Source: Mycobacteriales bacterium
GTDB lineage: Bacteria > Actinomycetota > Actinomycetes > JALYNC01
Direction of reading: 5' to 3'
Assembly: GCA_051000715.1 (NCBI GenBank)
Contig: JBPCOB010000065.1
Coordinates: forward strand, 1 to 53,268
DNA length: 53,268 nt
Positions 1 through 8,551 of the stretch are shown here, piece after piece. Every line of letters begins with the position of its first letter. The stretch's first letter is position 1. A program made the translations under genes and the position numbers. The notes below the pieces were generated by a model that saw only the letters and a list, made by a program, of their open reading frames with translations, did not search any database and had not been told where the DNA came from.

Positions 1-740
1 GCGGGCTGACCTGGATCTCCACCGGACAGCTGGACGTCGCGAAGCGCGTGCTGCGGCGCACCGTCGAGCTGCTCCGGGAGCCGGTCCGGGCGGGGCTGCC
101 CGTCGTCGTGCTGGAGCCGAGCTGCGCTGCGGTCTTCCGCGCCGACGCACCGGAGCTCCTCCCCGACGACCCGGACGTACGGCGTCTCGCCGACGCCACC
201 ATGACCCTGGCCGAGTGTCTCCGGCGCTACGCACCGGACTGGCAGCCGCCCCGGATCGGTCGGAGGGCCATCGTTCAGACCCATTGCCACCAGCACGCCG
301 TACTCGGCACCGACGCCGACGCAGCCCTGCTGAGAGCCGCCCACGTGGACGCCCGGGCCCTCGACTCCGGCTGCTGCGGGCTGGCGGGGAACTTCGGCTT
401 CGAGGTCGGGCACTACGACGTGTCGCTCGCCTGCGCCGAGCGGGTTCTGCTGCCAGCGGTCCGCGGCGCGGACCGGGACACCGTCGTGCTGGCCGACGGG
501 TTCAGCTGCCGCACCCAGATCGACCAGGCGGACACCGGGCGGCGAGCCGTCCACTCGGCCGAGCTGCTGGCGCTGGGTCTGCGCGGCCACCTCGACGGCC
601 GCACCGTGGACGAGCTCGTCGAGCGCCCGGTCAGCTCGCCATGGGCCGCTCGCGCGGTGGTCGCTGCGGCGGTCGCCGCTGGAGCGCTGACGGCGGGCCG
701 GGGACTTCGCCTCCCCTCGTCGGGTCGAAGCAGCAGCTAG
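1..740 (+). CDS. (Fe-S)-binding cysteine-rich (CCG-domain, GlcF/GlpC-like) oxidoreductase, C-terminal part; the 5' end lies outside the window
   Basis: The frame is open from the window edge (codons phased from nt 3) to TAG 738-740. CHQH and GCCGLAGNFG cysteine motifs are typical of CCG domains. Third-position GC is high. Confidence 0.7.
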   Translation, partial: GLTWISTGQLDVAKRVLRRTVELLREPVRAGLPVVVLEPSCAAVFRADAPELLPDDPDVRRLADATMTLAECLRRYAPDWQPPRIGRRAIVQTHCHQHAVLGTDADAALLRAAHVDARALDSGCCGLAGNFGFEVGHYDVSLACAERVLLPAVRGADRDTVVLADGFSCRTQIDQADTGRRAVHSAELLALGLRGHLDGRTVDELVERPVSSPWAARAVVAAAVAAGALTAGRGLRLPSSGRSSS

Positions 741-748
741 GAGGTTCG

Positions 749-2776
749 GTGCAGCCGAGGCAGGTCCGGATACTCGACGGCAGCACGTTCTGCGTGAGCG
801 ACGTCCAGGGCGACATCGAGGCCCGGCCCGACGAGCCCCTGGGGTTCTTCTACCGGGACATGCGGCACCTCTCGACCTGGCGCCTGCTGCTAAACGGGCG
901 GCCGCTCGACGCGCTGACGACCGACGAGGCGGGCTACGACGAGGCTGTCTTCTTCCTGGTCATCCCGACCGGCACGATCTATGAGAACCCGACGGTGTCG
1001 GCGGTGCGTCGGCGCTTCATCGGCAACGGGCTCCGGGAGGAGATCGCGCTTCGAAACCACGCCACCGACAGCGTCCGGCTGGAGCTGTCCTTGTTGTTCG
1101 GCAGCGACTTCGCCGACATCTTCGAGGTCAAGGACTCCGAGGCCAAGACGGGCAAGGTGTATCGGCGTGCCTCCGCCCACACGGCCGTGCTCGGCTACCG
1201 ACGCGGGGACTTCGTGCGCGAGACGCAGCTCACTGCGGCTGGGGCCTTCTTCACCGAAGGCTCGCTCACCTACCAGCTCGATCTCGAACCCGGGGAGTGG
1301 TGGCATGCCGAGGTCGAGATCGCCGTCAACTGCGATGGCGACGTCGTACACCCGAAGTCACGCTCGACGAGACGGCAGCCCTCCCATCCCAACATGGCCA
1401 AGGACCTCGACCAATGGGTCCATGACGCCCCCCAGCTCGAGTGCGACTGGGACGACCTGCGACACGTCTATCGGCGCAGCATCTGCGACCTAGCGGCGCT
1501 GCGCTTCTACCCCGATGTCCTCGCCGGGGGCGCCTCACTCCCGGCCGCCGGGCTGCCCTGGTTCATGGCGCTGTTCGGGCGGGACAGCATCATCACCAGC
1601 TACCAGGCACTTCCCTTCGCGCCCGAGCTGGCCGCGACGACGCTGCGTGCGCTGGCCGCCCGGCAGGCCGAGGACTGGGACGACTTCCGCGACGCCGAGC
1701 CGGGCAAGATCCTGCATGAGCTGCGGTTCGGCGAGCTGGCGCACTTCCGCGAGCGGCCGCAGTCGCCGTACTTCGGCAGCGCCGACTCCACCCCGCTGTT
1801 CCTCATCCTGCTCGACGAGTACGAGCGATGGACCGGCGACGCCGAGCTGGTGAGGAACCTGGAGAAGCCGGCCCGCGCTGCCCTGAAGTGGCTCGAGGAG
1901 TACGGCGACCTGGACGGCGACGGGTATCTCGAGTACCAGCGGCGCAACACCTCGACGGGGTTGGTCAACCAGTGCTGGAAGGACTCCTGGAACTCGATCG
2001 TGCACCCCGACGGGTCGCTGGCCAGCCAGCCGCGGGGAACCTGCGAGCTGCAGGGCTACGCCTACGACGCGCGCCTGCGGATCGCCCGGCTGGCGCGTGA
2101 GGTCTGGCACGACGACGAGCTCGCGGAGCGACTCGATGGTGATGCCGAGGCACTCAAGCGCCGGTTCAACGAGGACTTCTGGTGCGAGGAGACCAGCTTC
2201 TTCGCCCTCGCCCTCGACGGCGACAAGAAGCGCGTCTGCTCGGTGTCGTCGAACCCCGGCCAGCTGCTGTGGAGCGGGATCGTCGCGCCGGAGCGACTCG
2301 ACGACGTCGTGAAGGGCCTGATGGATCCGTCGCTGTTCTCGGGATGGGGGGTACGCACGCTGGCGAGCGGCCAGGGCGCCTACAACCCGATCGAGTACCA
2401 CCTGGGCACCGTGTGGCCGCACGACAATGCGCTGATCGCGGCCGGGCTCGCGCGATACGGCCGGCACGAGGAGGCCGGCCGGATCGCGACGGGGATCCTG
2501 GAAGCAGCCGGCAGCTTCGACTACCGGTTGCCGGAGGTGTTCGCCGGCTACCCGCGCGACGAGACGGGGTTCCCCGTCCAGTACCCCACGGCGTGTTCCC
2601 CACAGGCATGGGCCGCAGGAGCGCCGCTCCTGTTGCTTCGGGCCCTCCTCGGTCTGGAACCGGGTCCGGACGGCCTCACCGCCGATCCCCACATTCCGGA
2701 CCGCTTCGGGGCTGTCCGGTTGACGGGGATCCATACCCGGTCCGGAAGGGCGACGGCGCAAGGCATCCCGCACTGA
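749..2776 (+). CDS. amylo-alpha-1,6-glucosidase / glycogen-debranching-enzyme-like (GDE_C family) glycoside hydrolase
   Basis: GTG 749 is preceded by AGGAGG (738-743). LDGSTFCVSD, FFYRDMRHLS and GWGVRTL...YHLGTVWPHDN resemble bacterial GDE-like proteins. The part of the 215-2776 ORF upstream of 749 is R/P-rich and overlaps the previous gene. Confidence 0.85.
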   Translation: MQPRQVRILDGSTFCVSDVQGDIEARPDEPLGFFYRDMRHLSTWRLLLNGRPLDALTTDEAGYDEAVFFLVIPTGTIYENPTVSAVRRRFIGNGLREEIALRNHATDSVRLELSLLFGSDFADIFEVKDSEAKTGKVYRRASAHTAVLGYRRGDFVRETQLTAAGAFFTEGSLTYQLDLEPGEWWHAEVEIAVNCDGDVVHPKSRSTRRQPSHPNMAKDLDQWVHDAPQLECDWDDLRHVYRRSICDLAALRFYPDVLAGGASLPAAGLPWFMALFGRDSIITSYQALPFAPELAATTLRALAARQAEDWDDFRDAEPGKILHELRFGELAHFRERPQSPYFGSADSTPLFLILLDEYERWTGDAELVRNLEKPARAALKWLEEYGDLDGDGYLEYQRRNTSTGLVNQCWKDSWNSIVHPDGSLASQPRGTCELQGYAYDARLRIARLAREVWHDDELAERLDGDAEALKRRFNEDFWCEETSFFALALDGDKKRVCSVSSNPGQLLWSGIVAPERLDDVVKGLMDPSLFSGWGVRTLASGQGAYNPIEYHLGTVWPHDNALIAAGLARYGRHEEAGRIATGILEAAGSFDYRLPEVFAGYPRDETGFPVQYPTACSPQAWAAGAPLLLLRALLGLEPGPDGLTADPHIPDRFGAVRLTGIHTRSGRATAQGIPH

Positions 2777-2841
2777 CAAGGACCCGCACCGACCAGTGCC
2801 TTGGGAGGCTTTGCGGTACACCAACCGGGCCTTGCTCCAGG

Positions 2842-2862
2842 TAGTATCGTGGAGCGATACTA
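2842..2862. promoter_or_regulatory. perfect 8-bp inverted repeat TAGTATCG-n5-CGATACTA in the GDE-methyltransferase intergenic gap
   Basis: All 8 pairs (2842-2849 with 2855-2862) verified by hand. The repeat is AT-rich relative to its surroundings and lies 71 nt upstream of ATG 2933. Confidence 0.3.
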
Positions 2863-2932
2863 TGGAGGCATCCGCCGGGGCCTCGAGCGCGCCGCTCCGA
2901 TCGGGGGGTCACCCATCCGAAAGGGGCCTCGC

Positions 2933-4297
2933 ATGGCATCGACGGCTGCGCCGCGGGACTGCCCACAATGGCGCCCCAGGTCGGCCGCGACCCGGGTGCG
3001 GACGCTGCTGGAATCCGTTCTCGGTCCGGACCTCCGGCTCGGCGTCCGGGGGTGGGACGGCTCCTATGCGGGGCCGGCCGACCCGCCCGCGCTGATCGCA
3101 GTGCGGTCACCCCTCGCGCTCCGCCGGCTGGTGTGGAGCCCGAACGAGGTGGGGCTTGCGCGGGCCTACGTCACCGGCGACATGGACGTCGAAGGCGACC
3201 TCTACTCCGCGTTGCAGTTCCTGGAGACCCGGGATGCGGCCCGGCGCCTCGAGAACCGGTCCGCCGCCCACCGGCTGTTCGTCTCGGCGTCCGCTGTGGC
3301 GGCCCTGCGAGGCATCGGACCACCACTTGGGCCGCCCGCCGAGGAGGCCAAGGGGCGAGGCTTGCGCCATAGCCGCCGGCGCGACGCCGAGGCCATCCGG
3401 CACCACTACGACGTGGGTAACGACTTCTACCGGCTGGTACTGGGCCCGTCCATGACCTACTCCTGCGCCTTTTGGCCGCCCGGCACCGTGACGCTGGAGG
3501 ATGCACAGGACGCGAAGTTCGAGCTGATCAGTCGCAAGCTCGACCTCGTACCGGGCATGCGCCTCCTCGACGTGGGATGCGGGTGGGGATCGTTTGCGAC
3601 GTACGCGGCCCGCGCCCACGGTGTCGACGTGGTCGGCGTGACGATCCCGCCGGCGCAGGCCGAGCTGGCGAGATCGCGAGCCGCAGCGGCCGGCGTCGGC
3701 GACCGGGTGGAGATCCGGCTTCAGGACTACCGCGACATCGCGGACGGTCCCTACGACGCGGTCGCCAGCATCGGCATGTCCGAGCACGTCGGCCGGTCGC
3801 AGCTCTCGATCTACGCCGGACGCCTGGCCGCGCTGCTCGCCCCGCAGGGCCGGCTGCTCAACTCGGCGATCTCTCGCCCCGGGAGGGTCTCGGGCCGCTC
3901 GGGCAAGACCTTCATCTCGCGCTACGTCTTTCCCGACGGTGAACTGCACTCTGTCGCGAGGATGATCGAGGAGTTGGAGACGGCCGGACTCGAGGTCCGC
4001 GACGTGCAGTCGCTGCGCGAGCACTACCAGCGGACCCTGCTGTGCTGGGAGCGCAACCTCGAGGAGCGCTGGGAGCAGGCCGCGGCACTCGTGGGGCTGC
4101 CCCGAGCACGCATCTGGCGGCTCTACATGACGGCGTCCGCGGTGGCGTTCGGCGCCGGTCGCATCGGCGTCGACCAGGTCCTGGCGGTGCGCGCCGCGGG
4201 AGGTGTGGCCGGGATGCCGGCCAGCCGGCGCCACTTCGTCCTGCCGGCCCGCGAACAGCCCGGCCTGCGTCCGGGGCCGCAGCAGGCGGTCGAATGA
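2933..4297 (+). CDS. cyclopropane-fatty-acyl-phospholipid synthase family SAM-dependent methyltransferase
   Basis: HHYDVGNDFYRLVLGPSMTYSCAFW and the LLDVGCGWG SAM motif are present. I chose ATG 2933. The ORF is open from 2801, but that extension shows no recognisable homology. Confidence 0.85.
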   Translation: MASTAAPRDCPQWRPRSAATRVRTLLESVLGPDLRLGVRGWDGSYAGPADPPALIAVRSPLALRRLVWSPNEVGLARAYVTGDMDVEGDLYSALQFLETRDAARRLENRSAAHRLFVSASAVAALRGIGPPLGPPAEEAKGRGLRHSRRRDAEAIRHHYDVGNDFYRLVLGPSMTYSCAFWPPGTVTLEDAQDAKFELISRKLDLVPGMRLLDVGCGWGSFATYAARAHGVDVVGVTIPPAQAELARSRAAAAGVGDRVEIRLQDYRDIADGPYDAVASIGMSEHVGRSQLSIYAGRLAALLAPQGRLLNSAISRPGRVSGRSGKTFISRYVFPDGELHSVARMIEELETAGLEVRDVQSLREHYQRTLLCWERNLEERWEQAAALVGLPRARIWRLYMTASAVAFGAGRIGVDQVLAVRAAGGVAGMPASRRHFVLPAREQPGLRPGPQQAVE

Positions 4298-5454
4298 AAT
4301 CGCGAGAGAGCGGGGCACTCACGTCACGGCAGCGCGATCGGTTGCGGGTCGCTGTGGTAGCGCCGCCGTGGTACAGCGTCCCGCCGCGCGCGTACGGCGG
4401 AACCGAAGCGGTATGCGCCGGGCTCGTCGACGGATTGGCCGCGCTGGGCCATGACGTCGTACTGATCGGCGCCGGCGAGGACCTCACCTCAGCAACGTTC
4501 CACCCGACGTTCGCATCGGCGCCGAGCGACCAGCTCGGAGAGCCACTCCCGGAGGTGCTCCACGCCGCGGCGACCGCACGCGTCCTGGCCGACATGTCAG
4601 TCGACCTCGTGCACGACCACAGCCTCGCCGGTCCGCTCTCGGCCCGAGGCCGCTCCGTTCCGACCGTGGTCACGAGCCATGGCCCGGTCACCGGGGAGCC
4701 CGGGCGGTACTACCGCGAGCTCGGTGACACCGTCCGACTCGTCGCCATCTCAGACGCCCAACGGTTGCTTGCGCCAGAGCTTCCCTGGGCCGCGACGATC
4801 TACAACGGCGTCGACGTCGCCAGCTACCCGTTCCAGGACACCAAATCTGACTACGTGCTCTTCCTGGGCCGGTTCTGCGCCGAGAAGGGTGCGCATCTGG
4901 CCATCGACGCGGCTCGAGCCGCCGGCCGACGGATCATCCTGGCCGGCAAGTGTCACGAGGCCGTCGAGCGCAGCTACTTCGGTGCCGAGATCGAGCCGCG
5001 GCTGGGTCCCGGTGTCCACTTCTTCGGCGAAGCCGATGCCACCGCGAAACGCGCCCTTCTCGCCGGGGCGTCGTGCCTGCTGTTCCCCATTCGCTGGGAC
5101 GAGCCGTTCGGCATGGTGATGATCGAGGCGCTTGCGTGCGGCACGCCGGTGGTTGCGCTGCGGCGAGGGTCCGTTCCGGAGATCATCACCGAAGGCGTCA
5201 GCGGATACGTGTGCGACGAGCCGGAGGAGCTCCCGGCCGCAATGAACCGGGTGGACAGGCTCGATCCGGCGGCCTGCCGGGCGGTCGTCGAGCTCTGGTT
5301 CTCGACCGCCACGATGGCCCGACGGTATGAAACGGTGTACCGGCGGGTCCTGACCGATGGGCGCCGTTGTTGCCCGGAAGGGGTCGTATCGCCCGACCGC
5401 GCCACCGGCCGGCTCGTGCGTGCGCCGGTGCCGAGACAAGCAGCCGGGTCTTAG
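4294..5454 (+). CDS. GT4-family glycosyltransferase
   Basis: ATG 4294 overlaps the methyltransferase stop (ATGA). It has the N-terminal VAPPWYSVPPRAYGGTE motif and the C-terminal EPFGMVMIEALACGTPVV (E-x7-E region) motif of GT4 enzymes. Confidence 0.85.
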   Translation: MKSRESGALTSRQRDRLRVAVVAPPWYSVPPRAYGGTEAVCAGLVDGLAALGHDVVLIGAGEDLTSATFHPTFASAPSDQLGEPLPEVLHAAATARVLADMSVDLVHDHSLAGPLSARGRSVPTVVTSHGPVTGEPGRYYRELGDTVRLVAISDAQRLLAPELPWAATIYNGVDVASYPFQDTKSDYVLFLGRFCAEKGAHLAIDAARAAGRRIILAGKCHEAVERSYFGAEIEPRLGPGVHFFGEADATAKRALLAGASCLLFPIRWDEPFGMVMIEALACGTPVVALRRGSVPEIITEGVSGYVCDEPEELPAAMNRVDRLDPAACRAVVELWFSTATMARRYETVYRRVLTDGRRCCPEGVVSPDRATGRLVRAPVPRQAAGS

Positions 5455-5801
5455 CGCAGGTACCGGTACTCCGGTGCCACGCGCACGCATCCCTCGGAGT
5501 CGACCAGGAGGTCCAGTACGGCGGTGCCGACACGGACGCTGCCGCCGTACTCCTCGTCGCCGTCGCGATGGTGGTCGATCACCTCGTACGTGCAGTCCTC
5601 GGCCGCGAGACCACACCGGCTGGCATGGCTCAACCACGCCCGGACCGCCAGGAAGGGCCACCAGGGCGCCCCGTCGACCGTTGGCGCCAACCGCGTGCCG
5701 ACGGCGGCGACCACGTGCCGCGCAGCGTCCCGGCCGACGCGTGCCATCGCTTCATCTCGTGGGGCAACGGCTCCAACAAGATTGTTCCGAATCACGGGCA
5801 C
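5451..5801 (-). CDS. hypothetical protein (no family recognised)
   Basis: 116-aa ORF with balanced composition and very high GC3 after codon 20. The antisense ORF 5367-5822 is the less likely alternative. Confidence 0.45.
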   Translation of the reverse strand: MPVIRNNLVGAVAPRDEAMARVGRDAARHVVAAVGTRLAPTVDGAPWWPFLAVRAWLSHASRCGLAAEDCTYEVIDHHRDGDEEYGGSVRVGTAVLDLLVDSEGCVRVAPEYRYLR

Positions 5802-5973
5802 CCCTCGGGCGTCGCCATGTGATCGGGTGGCTCTGCCGCGATGAGACCGGCGGCGGTCGGCGGCTGCCCGCGACCCGCTCCCGAACGGCTGCCTTTTTAG
5901 CCGGTCCCGACGCTAAGCGGCAGCGGACCCGGGGTCAACACTCGAGGCCGACGGTATCGGGCTTGCGTAGTCT

Positions 5974-6711
5974 TTGCGCGTGAGTGCCCGAGGCAACGGT
6001 GATCTACCGGACGAGCTGTCCCGGCTGGCCAACCTGCTGGCAACGACCGATGACCTCGACTCTGCGTTGCACGAGGTGGCCGAGCTGGCTCGCGCCGCCG
6101 TACCTGGCTGCGATGGCACGGCCGTCGTCGTCCGCGACCCCAATCGACCCCGCACCGTGGCCGCGACCGACGACCGGACACGGGCGCTGGCCGGTTACCA
6201 GCAGGGCCATGAGCAGGGGCCGGGCGTCGAAGCCCTCCAGTACGGCGAGCCACGGCGGATCGACGACATGATGTCCGAGAGCCGCTGGCCGGGTTTCTGC
6301 GCCGAGGCCAGCCGGCGGGGACTCGGCAGTGCGCTGGCCGTACCGTTGCGGATGGCACGGGATACCTCCGGCGCCTTGACGCTGTACGCCCAGGGCACGC
6401 ACGTCTTCGCCGGACTCGCCCATGACGTCGCGCTGCTCTTCGCCGAGCGCAGCGCCATCGCGCTCAGCAACGCCGACCTCTACTTTGCCAGCCGCCGCCT
6501 GGTCGAAAACCTACACGCGGCGTTGGACAGCCGGGCCGTCATCGAGCAGGCGAAGGGCATCATCATGGCCAGGGAGAGATGCAGCGAGCAGGAGGCGTTC
6601 GAGTCGCTGCGCGCCCAGTCGCAGCACACGCATCAGAAGCTTCGTGACGTGGCCCGGGAGACCGTCTCGGCCGTCTCTCCGGGTGACGCCGGTCACACCG
6701 GCCGAAGTTGA
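5974..6711 (+). CDS. GAF and ANTAR domain-containing RNA-binding regulator
   Basis: The C-terminal AVIEQAKGIIMARERCSEQEAFESLRAQSQHTHQKLRDVA is a typical ANTAR helix bundle, and the N-terminal part is GAF-like. The start is TTG 5974 or GTG 5980. Confidence 0.85.
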   Translation: MRVSARGNGDLPDELSRLANLLATTDDLDSALHEVAELARAAVPGCDGTAVVVRDPNRPRTVAATDDRTRALAGYQQGHEQGPGVEALQYGEPRRIDDMMSESRWPGFCAEASRRGLGSALAVPLRMARDTSGALTLYAQGTHVFAGLAHDVALLFAERSAIALSNADLYFASRRLVENLHAALDSRAVIEQAKGIIMARERCSEQEAFESLRAQSQHTHQKLRDVARETVSAVSPGDAGHTGRS

Positions 6712-6952
6712 TCGGCACGGCGGTCAGTACGGCGGCGTCGAGATGTCGGTCGGGGCGCCGCGAGCCGGCGGCGGCGGTCGGTGGAAAAAGCGAGGTGTCA
6801 GTCTGCGGCCCGGGGCGAGGAATTTCGGTCGGCGGTGGGCCTGGGCCTGATCGCTCAGCCCCCTCCCTCGCCCGAAGAACCGCCCATGCCGCCGTAGGGA
6901 GAGGGCGTGACCCGATCCGGCGTAAACGCATCGTGGCAGAGTCGAGGTATGC

Positions 6953-7546
6953 GTGGTCTTGGGTTGTCGGCCGCCGCTGCGGCCATCGGCGGCGTCGGTT
7001 ATCGACTCGTGGTCAGCGGCGCGCTCACCGTCGACACGGGGTGGGGTCGGACACTGCGGGCCGCTGGGTCCCTTCAGCATCGAGATCGCCGCGTCAAGAG
7101 AGGTGGTGTTCGACGTCATTTCGACGCCCTACCTGGGCCGGATGCCTCGGGCGATGGCAGACAAGATTGAGGTAGTGGAGCGCGGCAGCGACATGGTGCT
7201 GGCGGCACACCGCACGCCGGTCCGGGCCGGCGTGGTGGCGACGACGCTGGAGACGGTCCGATTCGAGCGACCGAGCCGAGTCGACTTCCGGTTGGTCCGT
7301 GGACCGGTGCCGCACGTCGTGGAGCACTTCCTGCTCCACCCGAGCGATGGCGGCACGACCTTGGAGTACGGCGGGGAGATGGGAGCCGACCTCTGGGTTG
7401 CCGGCCGCTGGTGGGCCGAGCAGGTGGCGCGCAAATGGGAGGCGACGGTTCGCTCCTCCTTCGCCGACATCCGGGCGGAGGCGGAACGCCGCGTCCTCAA
7501 AGGAACTGGGCTCGACTCGCCATCGACGCCCGCCTCGAGCCGTTAG
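6953..7546 (+). CDS. SRPBCC (START/polyketide cyclase-like) family protein; the N-terminus appears frameshifted (see findings)
   Basis: FSIEIAASREVVFDVISTPYLGR...RFERPSRVDFRLVRGPVPHVVEHF is SRPBCC-like. A plausible native N-terminus, MRGLGLSAAAAAIGGVGYRLVVSGALTVDTGWGRTLR, lies in another frame starting at ATG 6949. Confidence 0.7.
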   Translation: MVLGCRPPLRPSAASVIDSWSAARSPSTRGGVGHCGPLGPFSIEIAASREVVFDVISTPYLGRMPRAMADKIEVVERGSDMVLAAHRTPVRAGVVATTLETVRFERPSRVDFRLVRGPVPHVVEHFLLHPSDGGTTLEYGGEMGADLWVAGRWWAEQVARKWEATVRSSFADIRAEAERRVLKGTGLDSPSTPASSR

Positions 7547-7561
7547 CCACGCTGACGTGCC

Positions 7562-8551
7562 ATGAACCGTGCTGAGGTCCTCGTCCGCCGACTCGACCGC
7601 TTCCAGCAGCGCCACGTCGTACTGGCCTTCCCATTCGCCGTCGTACAGAAGTACGGCAATGACCAGGCCGGCGGAAAGGCCGTCGTCATCGCCTACTACG
7701 GGCTGTTCGCCATTTTCCCGTTGCTGTTGCTGTTGGCCACCATCCTGGGCTTTCTCCTGGCCGGGCACGTGGGGTTCCAGCACCGGGTTCTGCACTCGGC
7801 GCTGGCCAACTTCCCAATCATCGGCGACCAACTGGGGAGCGCCGATCATCCGCTGACCGGCAGTCCGCTGGCCGTTGCCGTTGGCATCGCCGGCACGATC
7901 TACGGTGCCCAAGGGGTTGGCCAGGCCGCGCTCAACGCGATGCATACCGTGTGGAACATCCCGTACGTCGCCTGGCCGAACTTCTGGTTGCGCCGGCTGC
8001 GCGGAACGGCGATCCTCGCCGTGCTCGGCTTGGCCACCCTGGTCGCCACCACGCTGACCGCCTTCGGCGCGATCTTTTCCGGGCCGTTGGTGTCGGTCTG
8101 GTCGATCGCGGTGTCCGTACTGGTCAACTTCGGAGTCTTCACCGCCGCCTTCAAGCTGCTGACGTCCGAGCCGCTGGGCTGGCGGGACGTGGCGGTCGGC
8201 GCAGGGCTCGCCACCGTGTTCTGGGAGGGGTTGCAAAGCGTCGGGGGATTCTACGTGCGCCATGCGCTCGCCTCTGCCAGCCCCACTTACGGCTTCTTCG
8301 CCATCGTCATCGGACTGTTGTCCTGGCTGTTCCTCGGCGCTCAGCTCACCCTGCTGGCCGCCGAGATCAACGTCGTCCGCCGTTACCGGCTCTGGCCCCG
8401 TTCCATCACCCAGCCTCCGCTTACCGAGGGCGACCGCCGCACCTTCGTCCGACTGGCCCTGATGGAGGTACGCCGGCCGGAGGTCACGGTTGCGGCCGAG
8501 TTCACCGCGGAAGCCGACCGGCAACCACTCAACCTGGTTGACGAGCGTTGA
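7562..8551 (+). CDS. YihY/BrkB family membrane protein
   Basis: Multi-TM protein with the N-terminal FPFAVVQKYGNDQAGGKAVVIAYYGLFAIFPLLL motif and the C-terminal LLWLFLGAQLTLLAAEINVV-type motif typical of YihY. Confidence 0.85.
   Translation: MNRAEVLVRRLDRFQQRHVVLAFPFAVVQKYGNDQAGGKAVVIAYYGLFAIFPLLLLLATILGFLLAGHVGFQHRVLHSALANFPIIGDQLGSADHPLTGSPLAVAVGIAGTIYGAQGVGQAALNAMHTVWNIPYVAWPNFWLRRLRGTAILAVLGLATLVATTLTAFGAIFSGPLVSVWSIAVSVLVNFGVFTAAFKLLTSEPLGWRDVAVGAGLATVFWEGLQSVGGFYVRHALASASPTYGFFAIVIGLLSWLFLGAQLTLLAAEINVVRRYRLWPRSITQPPLTEGDRRTFVRLALMEVRRPEVTVAAEFTAEADRQPLNLVDER

Noticed and set aside
2801-2932. A longer start (2801) for the methyltransferase ORF
   Set aside because: The 44-residue extension has no resemblance to CFA-synthase N-termini and would translate the AT-rich palindrome. 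ATG 2933 is preferred but unproven.
5367-5822. 151-aa plus-strand ORF as an alternative to the minus-strand hypothetical gene 5451-5801
   Set aside because: Its third codon positions coincide with first positions of the minus frame, which explains the moderately high GC3. Its termini are R/P-rich, and the minus product has the more protein-like composition. Neither is confirmed.
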